A stretch of 64,000 nucleotides of DNA from Akkermansia muciniphila (GTDB lineage: Bacteria > Verrucomicrobiota > Verrucomicrobiia > Verrucomicrobiales > Akkermansiaceae). The stretch lies in assembly GCA_945888515.1 (NCBI GenBank), contig CAMDAD010000010.1, positions 39,608 to 103,607 of the forward strand, read 5' to 3'. The position numbers were made by a program, and so were the translations under genes. The notes beneath the pieces were generated by a model that saw only the letters and a list, made by a program, of their open reading frames with translations, ran no database searches and was not told the origin of the DNA. This document shows, one piece after another, positions 57,674 through 64,000 of this stretch (position 1 is its first letter; each line of letters begins with the position of its first letter).

Positions 57674-59050
57674 CTACCGTTTGCCGAAGCCGCGCATGAT
57701 GTTGCCGAGGTCGCCCATGTTTTCGGCGCCGCCGGACATGGCTTTCATCATATTTTTCATCTTGTGCGGGGAGCGCATCATCTCGCGCATCTGGCCGAAC
57801 TGCTTGAGCAGGTCGTTCACTTCTTTCAGCGTGGTGCCGGAGCCGCTGGCGATGCGTTTGCGGCGGGTGCCGCGTATGATTTCCGGGCGACGTCGCTCGT
57901 CCTTGGTCATGCTGAGCACGATCGCCTCGGTGCGCTTCATTTTTTTGCCATCAAAGGCGTTCGCGGGCAGTTGTTTTTTGATTTTGCTAAAACCGGGGAG
58001 CAGACCAAGCAAGCCTTCGAGCGGACCCATGTTCTGGATCATTTTCATTTGATCGAGGAAATCGGTGAAGTCGAACTTGCCCTCGGCCATGCGTTGGGCG
58101 CTGCGCATGGCATCGGCCTCGTTGATCTTATCGGCCACTTGCTCAACCATGCCGACGATGTCGCCCATGCCGAGAATGCGGTCCGCCATGCGGGTGGGGT
58201 GAAATTCACCGAGCTGATCGAGTTTTTCCCCTTCGCCGATGTATTTGATCGGCTTGCCAGTGACGGCGCGCATGGAGAGGGCGGCACCGCCACGGGCATC
58301 GCCATCGAGCTTGGTGAGGATGATGCCGGTGAGGCCGACGGCGTCATTGAAGTGGGTGGCCACGGAAACGGCTTGCTGGCCGGCGGCGGAGTCGGCGACG
58401 AGAAGGGTTTCTTTCGGTGCGAGAAAGGTGTGCAGTTTTTTGAGCTCGGCGATGAGGTTGTCGTCGAGCTCCTGGCGACCAGCGGTGTCGAAGATGATGA
58501 CGCTGTGGTCCTGGGTTTGTGCCCAAGCCAGCGCGTCCTTGGCGACTTTGACGAGGTCGGTCTCGGTGGCGGACGGGGTGTAGCAGGGGACTTCCGCTTG
58601 TTTTGCCAAAAGTGCGAGCTGTTCGATGGCGGCGGGGCGGTAGAGGTCGATCGCGACCAGCACGGGGCGGCGACCTTCTTTTTTCAGGCGATAGGCGAGT
58701 TTCGCCGCGGTGGTGGTTTTACCAGCGCCATTCAGTCCGCAAAGCAGGATGCGCGCGGGCGGATTGAGGTCGAGCGGGGCATTGTCGCCACCGAGGAGGG
58801 CGGCGAGTTCATCGTGGAAAATCTTGACGATTTGCTCGCCGGGTTTGATCGATTTGAGCACATCCAAGCCCAAGGCTTTTTCCTTGATGCGGTTGATAAA
58901 ATCACGGGCAACGGAAAATTCCACGTCGGCCTCGAGCAGGGCGAGCCGGATTTCGCGCAGAGCATCGCTGATGTTCGATTCGGAAATTTTCCCGACGCCG
59001 CGCAGGTTGCGGAAGGTTTTGTCGAGGGAGTCGGCGAGTGATTGGAACAT
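57674..59050 (-). CDS. ffh: signal recognition particle protein Ffh
   Basis: GLNGAGKTTTAAKLA, DTAGR and TKLDGDARGGAALS. Met-rich M domain at the C terminus. Confidence 0.97.
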   Translation of the reverse strand: MFQSLADSLDKTFRNLRGVGKISESNISDALREIRLALLEADVEFSVARDFINRIKEKALGLDVLKSIKPGEQIVKIFHDELAALLGGDNAPLDLNPPARILLCGLNGAGKTTTAAKLAYRLKKEGRRPVLVAIDLYRPAAIEQLALLAKQAEVPCYTPSATETDLVKVAKDALAWAQTQDHSVIIFDTAGRQELDDNLIAELKKLHTFLAPKETLLVADSAAGQQAVSVATHFNDAVGLTGIILTKLDGDARGGAALSMRAVTGKPIKYIGEGEKLDQLGEFHPTRMADRILGMGDIVGMVEQVADKINEADAMRSAQRMAEGKFDFTDFLDQMKMIQNMGPLEGLLGLLPGFSKIKKQLPANAFDGKKMKRTEAIVLSMTKDERRRPEIIRGTRRKRIASGSGTTLKEVNDLLKQFGQMREMMRSPHKMKNMMKAMSGGAENMGDLGNIMRGFGKR

Positions 59051-59083
59051 GTTGAAAAGTGTTGAGTGAGCAGGGGAGATGGA

Positions 59084-59839
59084 TCAGTGCTTGATGACGT
59101 CGCGGAGGACTTGGATGGCGTGTTTGGTGGGGACGGGGCGGCCTTGGGTGGTGGCGAGGCCGGAGAGGTGCATGAGGCAGGACATGTCGCCGCTGATGAG
59201 GAGATCGGGCTCTTGTTCGAGGATGTGGTCGAGCTTGAGCGTGCCCATTTTTCCGGAAATGTGCGGGAAGGTGACGGAGAAAGTGCCGCCGAAGCCGCAG
59301 CACTGCTCACTTTGGCCGAAGGGGAGTAGGGTGATGTTGCCGATGGAGGAGAGCAGCGTGCGGGTGGATTCGCCCGAGCATGTCCCGCGCGAGTGGCAGG
59401 AGCGGTGGAAGGCGATTTTGGTGGGCGTGGGCAGGCTGCCGGGCCAGGTGGTGATGCCGAGCCCGTGCACGAGGTAGTCCATGATCTCCCAGGTGCGGTT
59501 GGCGAGGGAATCGATGGAGGCATCGGGGCATTCCTCGAATTGCAGTTTGTTGCCGTGGAAATTCATAGCGGCGCAGGAACCGGAGGGGACGATCACGGGC
59601 AGATCGCCGGAGAACACCGAGGCGGTGTGAAGGGCGACTTTGCGCGAGGCATTCCAGTCGCCAGAATTGAAGGCAGGCTGTCCGCAGCAAGTTTGGTTGT
59701 CGGGGAAAACGACTTCCACACCAAGATGCTCCAGCACTTCCACGGTGGCCTTGGCTACGTCATCGAAGAAGGCATCGCAAAGGCAGGTGCCCATGAGCAG
59801 AACTTTTTTTCCAGCGGGTCGTGTGGTGGTGGTGGCCAT
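59084..59839 (-). CDS. (Fe-S)-binding CCG-domain protein, LutA/YkgE-like
   Basis: Two cysteine-rich CCG motifs (QTCCGQPAFNSG and EQCCGFGGTF). 251 aa. No lutB/lutC is adjacent. Confidence 0.8.
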   Translation of the reverse strand: MATTTTRPAGKKVLLMGTCLCDAFFDDVAKATVEVLEHLGVEVVFPDNQTCCGQPAFNSGDWNASRKVALHTASVFSGDLPVIVPSGSCAAMNFHGNKLQFEECPDASIDSLANRTWEIMDYLVHGLGITTWPGSLPTPTKIAFHRSCHSRGTCSGESTRTLLSSIGNITLLPFGQSEQCCGFGGTFSVTFPHISGKMGTLKLDHILEQEPDLLISGDMSCLMHLSGLATTQGRPVPTKHAIQVLRDVIKH

Positions 59840-59872
59840 GCGCGGGGAGCATCGTCGGGTTTTGACGGAAAT

Positions 59873-60586
59873 TCAATCAGCGATTCCGTCAACGCTGCGT
59901 TTTTTGCGCATCAGCGGCACGGTCAGCAGCACAAAGAGCAGCAGAGCGATGACTTCGAAGGCGAAAATGTAGTAGGGCCAGGGCCCAAGGTGATCGATGA
60001 GGCTGGGATTCGGTGGCGGGTGGGCGACAAAGCCGAAGTTGGTGCCCAGCGCCGCATTGACGATCGCCGCGAAGAGAAGATAGAGATTCACACAGAAAAA
60101 CGCCCGCAGCGGGCTCGTCCACCACGGATGCCGTGGCCGCCATCCATCGCAGATCGGCAGAAACAGCGCCGCGCCGACGATGGCAAAGTGATGCAGGAAA
60201 AACGAAAAAAAGGTGAGGTGCGGATACGAGTAGGTCAGCGCAGGCGTGATCAGTGCCTGCAGCGTGGCCGCCAGTCCCCAGTAGTAGGTCAGGGTCTGCG
60301 CCCAGTGCTTTCGTGTGAGCAGGGCATAGCCTGCGAGAAAGGCGGCGATGTCGCAGAGATGGAAGGGCAGGATGTTGTCCAGATCCAGTGCATGCTGGCA
60401 GGTGCTCCACGCATACTGAGAATAGCCGTAGGCGCTGAGGCAGAAAAACGCCAATACCGCGCGGGCCAGCGGTTGCGCGATGGCAGGCGAGCGCCTCGCT
60501 CCGATCAATAGAATCGCCAGCAAAGCAAATCCCAGCCCCACCGAGATCAGGTGAGTGGACGAGAAAACGACAAAGCGGGCAGGCAT
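59873..60586 (-). CDS. integral membrane protein (YwaF/TIGR02206-like)
   Basis: Multiple TM helices and an LPFHLCDIAAF motif. The ATG at 60586 (MPARFVVFSSTHLISVG) is preferred. The track ORF begins at a TTG (60667). Confidence 0.7.
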   Translation of the reverse strand: MPARFVVFSSTHLISVGLGFALLAILLIGARRSPAIAQPLARAVLAFFCLSAYGYSQYAWSTCQHALDLDNILPFHLCDIAAFLAGYALLTRKHWAQTLTYYWGLAATLQALITPALTYSYPHLTFFSFFLHHFAIVGAALFLPICDGWRPRHPWWTSPLRAFFCVNLYLLFAAIVNAALGTNFGFVAHPPPNPSLIDHLGPWPYYIFAFEVIALLLFVLLTVPLMRKKRSVDGIAD

Positions 60587-61078
60587 GCGACAGTTGTAGC
60601 AAGTGTCGATCTCTGAGCGAGAAAAAATCACACCAGCCTCAGCCGCCCAGAGTCCCATCAGAGACAACTCACCCCCACCGCAAGATCCCTAAGGCCGAGG
60701 CATGGATTTATCTTTTTGGAAAGATTCGTTGATTTTATCGATTCAATGGATTTTTTATAGTGATCATAGCAGAATAATCGAACAGGCTTGTTACCAATTT
60801 TTTCTTGCGTGCGTATCTGATTTCGTTACACTAGTAACGTGTTTGATACAAAAGCTCTCACTTTGGCGAAAGACGGATCTGTGCGCGTGCGCTTGGATCT
60901 CAGGAGGCCCGTGATCCTAAGACAGAATCACATAGGTAAGCTCCCGCGTGTGTCTGCCAAAAATCAAGCTGATGGCGCAGGGTCGAGCCTGTCAATTGCG
61001 CTCCGTTCGTCAGCGCGGAAACAGTCGTGTAATCACTCATAAAAGGATTAATCCATCGACCTCTTTTTTAGAATAATC

Positions 61079-62626
61079 ATGAAAAACAAAAAAATCTCCC
61101 CCGTCATGCACCACAACACACGACAGGATCAAGACTTGCGCGATCACGCTCAGTGGAGCGCAAGGTTACTGAAATTTCTGCCTTCGGGTCTGGCAAAGCT
61201 AGCCTTGTGCTTAGGAGTTGGACTGTTGTTATCCGTTCCTGCGATGGCCCAAGCGCCCGTGGTCTCGAATGTGCTGGCTCAACAACGCTCGGGAACGAAA
61301 CTGGTGGATATCACGTATGATGTGACGGCTGTTACGCCCGAGGTGTCGATCTCACTGCGGATTTCAAACGATGGGGGTGCGAGCTACAACATCCCTGCCA
61401 CGACATTGTCCGGTGCTGTGGGGGCCAATGTGACAATAGGAACCGGAAAAGTGATCACGTGGAATGCGGGTGTGGATTGGAACGGCAATTACAATACAGG
61501 CATGCGATTCGAGGTGACGGCGGATGACGGTGTGATACCACCCACCATCACGACACAACCAGCAACGCAGACAATAGCCAGCGGCAGCACGGCGAACCTG
61601 ACGGTGACTGCGAGCGGATCGGTTCCACTGACGTATCAATGGTATCAGGGATCTGTTGGTACGACGACCACACCAGTAGGGACGAATTCAGCTTCATTCA
61701 CGACGCCCGCTCTGACGGCCACGACGACCTACTGGGTTCGGGTGAGTAATTCGGCGGGAAATGTGAACTCCACTCTTGCCACGGTGACGGTGGCCAGCAT
61801 CCCGGCGGATCTTGCGCTCATTCCAGCGGGAACCTTCACGATGGGCCGAACCAGTGGCGATACAGATAGCGATGCTCCCTCCGTTTCGGTGACGGTGAGT
61901 GCCTTTTACATGGGGAAGAACGAGGTGACGAAGGCCTTGTGGGACGAGGTGCGGACCTGGGCGGCGGCGAATGGCTACTCGGATCTGGCCACTGGCGCTG
62001 GTAAGGCGAGCAATCATCCCGTGCAGGCCGTGAGTTGGTGGGATGTGATCAAGTGGTGCAATGCCAGAAGTCAGAAAGAAGGATTAACGCCTTGTTACAC
62101 GGTGAGTGGATCGGTGATGAAAACAGGAACCACAGCGCCGACAGTAAATTGGACTGCCAATGGCTATCGTCTTCCTACTGAAGCAGAGTGGGAGAAAGCA
62201 GCACGCGGTGGCGTGAGTGGTAAGCGTTTCCCTTGGGGCACAGATACGATCAGTCATACTCAGGCGAATTTTTACAACGTAAACGGTGAATCTTATCAAA
62301 CAGGAACGACTGGCTACCACCCGACTTACGCGACGGGCGCGACGCCCTACACCTCGCCTGTGGGTGCCTTTACAGCGAATGGTTATGGACTGAATGACAT
62401 GGCGGGAAATGTGTGGGAGTGGTGTTGGGATTGGTATGGGGCGTCGACGTATGTGAATGGATCGACGAATCCACGGGGTGCTGCTTCGGGCACGATCCGG
62501 GTGGGCCGGGGCGGCAGCTGGTTCGACTACGCGTTCAGCTGCCGCGCCGCGGTCCGCTACTACTACGACCCGACGGGCCGGGACTACCACATCGGGTTCC
62601 GCATGGCCCGCAGTTCAGTCCCCTAG
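61079..62626 (+). CDS. secreted Ig-repeat protein with a C-terminal FGE-sulfatase/C-type-lectin-fold domain (non-catalytic), candidate DGR target
   Basis: N-terminal hydrophobic anchor. Ig-like repeat PPTITTQPATQTIASGSTANLTVTASG...YQWYQG. FGE-family motifs HPVQAVSWWDVIKWCNA, GYRLPTEAEWEKAARGG, NVWEWCWDWY and RGGSW...IGFR. It lacks the paired catalytic cysteines of true FGE. Confidence 0.9.
   Translation: MKNKKISPVMHHNTRQDQDLRDHAQWSARLLKFLPSGLAKLALCLGVGLLLSVPAMAQAPVVSNVLAQQRSGTKLVDITYDVTAVTPEVSISLRISNDGGASYNIPATTLSGAVGANVTIGTGKVITWNAGVDWNGNYNTGMRFEVTADDGVIPPTITTQPATQTIASGSTANLTVTASGSVPLTYQWYQGSVGTTTTPVGTNSASFTTPALTATTTYWVRVSNSAGNVNSTLATVTVASIPADLALIPAGTFTMGRTSGDTDSDAPSVSVTVSAFYMGKNEVTKALWDEVRTWAAANGYSDLATGAGKASNHPVQAVSWWDVIKWCNARSQKEGLTPCYTVSGSVMKTGTTAPTVNWTANGYRLPTEAEWEKAARGGVSGKRFPWGTDTISHTQANFYNVNGESYQTGTTGYHPTYATGATPYTSPVGAFTANGYGLNDMAGNVWEWCWDWYGASTYVNGSTNPRGAASGTIRVGRGGSWFDYAFSCRAAVRYYYDPTGRDYHIGFRMARSSVP
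62497..62610 (+). other. candidate DGR variable region (VR) at the gene's 3' end
   Basis: Fourteen interspersed codons between 62522 and 62590 are all NNC, at positions that are Asn (AAC) in typical FGE-type template repeats. Scaffold codons in between are conserved. The boundaries are approximate. Confidence 0.5.
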
Positions 62627-62710
62627 CACAGCAGGAAGCGGAGCGAACGGAACGGAGTAGCTAAGCGAGGGACGAGCGCAGGCAACGGAGTGAAGGGAGC
62701 GGAGAGGTTG

Positions 62711-62815
62711 GAAGTATGAAGTATGAAGTATGAAGTATGAAGTATGAAGTATGAAGTATGAAGTATGAAGTATGAAGTATGAAGTATGAAGTATGAAGTA
62801 TGAAGTATGAAGTAT
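62711..62815. repeat. perfect heptanucleotide microsatellite (GAAGTAT)x15
   Basis: Direct reading shows 105 nt of uninterrupted GAAGTAT units. They are intergenic, lying between the FGE-fold gene stop (62626) and a hairpin at 62839. Confidence 0.98.
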
Positions 62816-62838
62816 GATGTGATGAAAACCGAGTTGGT

Positions 62839-62870
62839 GCAGGGGCGTAGCCCCTGCTGGAGAATTTTTT
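62839..62870 (+). terminator. hairpin plus T-tract, possible terminator of the FGE-fold gene transcript
   Basis: GCAGGGGC-GTA-GCCCCTGC (8-bp perfect stem, 62839-62857), then TGGAGAA and TTTTTT (62865-62870). The 7-nt spacer makes it atypical. Confidence 0.4.
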
Positions 62871-62892
62871 AAGAAACTGAGTTTATTGATCG

Positions 62893-63108
62893 ATGCCATT
62901 TGAATTCATACAAATTCCTGCCAATGGGCAGGGAAGTGCGAAGGATGAGTTAAACAAACTCCTCCGGAGCGGGCGCATCGCGTCGGTGAAGAAGGAAGAG
63001 ATTCGTAGCAATATTCATCGCCCTCCCATACTCAGCAACCCCATCATCTCTCGTCTTTTTGGTCCCTATCTTAAGAGTCACAACATCTCGCCACCAATTT
63101 TCATTTGA
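62893..63108 (+). CDS. small ORF (71 aa), possibly a truncated or decayed gene
   Basis: The ATG-initiated MPFEFIQIPANGQGSAKDELNKLLRSGRIASVKKE looks protein-like. The remainder (RSNIHRPPILSNPIISRLFGPYLKSHNISPPIFI) looks like read-through of non-coding DNA. AT-rich context. Confidence 0.25.
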   Translation: MPFEFIQIPANGQGSAKDELNKLLRSGRIASVKKEEIRSNIHRPPILSNPIISRLFGPYLKSHNISPPIFI

Positions 63109-63128
63109 TTTCTACCACGCTCTTACTC

Positions 63129-63962
63129 ATGAAAACGTTCTCTTTTCTACGATGCTTCCTTTTGACGCTTCTTGCGTCGCATCCGCTCAGTGCCCTCACA
63201 GGTTCTGGTGTAAGCGGCGCGACCACCGTGGATACCCGTTTTGTCCTTACCATTACACCCTCAAACAAGGGGGGCGTCTCAGGTGCAGGGCCCTATCTGG
63301 GGCAAGCTAACGCAACCCTTACTGCCACGCCACAACCTGGCTGTTTTTTCACCGCATGGACGGGAGACCTTACTGGCACACAAAATCCCGCTACGCTGCT
63401 GATGGATGGCGATAAAACCGTCGGTGCGACATTCGTAGAAGACACTAGCGATCCCGACGGTGATGGACTGACGAATTACCAAGAAATCGCGCTCACGCAG
63501 ACCAATCCGCTGCTATCAGATTCCAACGGCAATGGCATCAACGACGCACTGGAGGACACGGATAACGATGGCATTTCCAACCTCCGCGAAGTGACCGAAC
63601 TTAAGACTGATCCTTTGCGAGTCGACACGGATGCTGATGGATTGAGCGACACCTACGAACTGGTCTATAAGGGAAGCGTAGCTGCAAGCCAGCCGCGCAT
63701 CGGGGATAGGCTGCGCTTTGAACTGCGCGAACTCGTCCCGCAGGGCACGCTGAAGTTGGTGGGAACTTTGCCCACGGGCCTCACCTTTAACGCCCTTACC
63801 GGAGTGCTGGAAGGCAAACTCACTGGTAGGGTTGGCGCGGTGAACTTATCGATCCAAGTATTGAATGGCAGAACCGTCCTGCGCACCATTCCCTTTAGCT
63901 TCACGGTATCGGCATTCCCTGCGGGCCTCATCGGAACGTGGCAGTCTTGCTGGAAGATGTGA
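63129..63962 (+). CDS. secreted protein with an InlB-B-repeat-like domain, thrombospondin type-3 (calcium-binding) repeats and a putative Ig domain
   Basis: Signal peptide MKTFSFLRCFLLTLLASHPLSA. GGVSGAGPYLGQANATLTATPQPGCFFTAWTGD. DPDGDGLTNYQE, DSNGNGINDALEDTDNDGISNLRE and DTDADGLSDTYE. LPTGLTFNALTGVLEGKLTG. The stop at 63960-63962 may be premature (see findings). Confidence 0.8.
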   Translation: MKTFSFLRCFLLTLLASHPLSALTGSGVSGATTVDTRFVLTITPSNKGGVSGAGPYLGQANATLTATPQPGCFFTAWTGDLTGTQNPATLLMDGDKTVGATFVEDTSDPDGDGLTNYQEIALTQTNPLLSDSNGNGINDALEDTDNDGISNLREVTELKTDPLRVDTDADGLSDTYELVYKGSVAASQPRIGDRLRFELRELVPQGTLKLVGTLPTGLTFNALTGVLEGKLTGRVGAVNLSIQVLNGRTVLRTIPFSFTVSAFPAGLIGTWQSCWKM

Positions 63963-64000
63963 CTGGCAGCCCACAAGGACTCATCACCACCACCATTAGC

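Noticed and set aside
57764-59041. 425-aa plus-strand ORF antisense to ffh (also 58732-59523 and 59393-60511)
   Set aside because: These ORFs overlap ffh, the lutA-like gene and the membrane-protein gene, all of which have strong motif support on the minus strand. The antisense translations are low complexity (Gly/Ala/Arg/Pro-rich).
59084-59839. Orphan lutA-like gene as part of a lactate-utilisation system
   Set aside because: lutB and lutC are absent from the neighbourhood. A single CCG-domain protein cannot support calling the pathway.
61079-62626. FGE-domain protein considered as the formylglycine-generating maturase for the nearby sulfatases
   Set aside because: It is exported or anchored and carries Ig-like repeats. 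Its C-terminal RGGSW...IGFR segment has a single Cys instead of the paired catalytic cysteines of true FGE. It fits a lectin-fold binding or variable protein better.
62711-62815. Tandem repeat considered as a CRISPR array
   Set aside because: The units are 7 nt and directly abutting, with no spacers. No cas genes are in the window.
62615-62899. 94-aa minus-strand ORF containing HTSYFIL repeated five times
   Set aside because: It is simply the reverse translation of the (GAAGTAT)x15 microsatellite, which is stop-free on the minus strand in every frame. It has no independent coding evidence.
60668-64000. Search for a DGR template repeat, Avd or reverse transcriptase next to the candidate VR
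   Set aside because: Reading both flanks by eye, I found no second copy of the ~100-nt VR-like sequence and no RT-like ORF. A complete DGR cannot be claimed from this window, only a VR-like signature.

Overview
This is a GC-rich bacterial chromosomal segment. I infer a Verrucomicrobiota origin from four things: barrel-less giant proteins built of autotransporter-associated beta-strand repeats, a giant pseudopilin resembling Verru_Chthon cassette protein A, ECF sigma/FecR pairs of the Rhodopirellula/Verrucomicrobium type, and several sulfatases. I can support about 45 protein genes, two tRNAs (initiator tRNA-fMet and tRNA-Leu-TAG), two hairpin terminators, two tRNA promoters and one perfect heptanucleotide microsatellite. 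Housekeeping genes are argC-argJ-plsX, trkH/trkA, cutC, holA, mutL, hflK/hflC, argD-argF, ffh and rlpA. Accessory content is: (1) a 2070-aa secreted protein with an HExxH metalloprotease domain; (2) a 1129-aa GspK/PilX-like pseudopilin with a secreted partner; (3) a photolyase-family gene coupled to an unknown gene; (4) an alpha-2-macroglobulin/PbpC pair; (5) an ECF sigma/FecR module followed by a beta-helix/CBM giant and a sulfatase cluster; (6) at the right end, an Ig-repeat plus FGE/C-lectin-fold protein. The strongest observation concerns that last protein: its C-terminal ~100 nt has the codon signature of a diversity-generating-retroelement (DGR) variable region, yet I see no template repeat or reverse transcriptase in the window. 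It is followed by a purine-rich tract, a perfect (GAAGTAT)x15 repeat and a hairpin. I saw no CRISPR array, IS element, integrase or prophage. Many long antisense ORFs in the track look like GC-rich artefacts. Where the track ORF begins at a TTG/GTG far upstream, I refined the start by eye.
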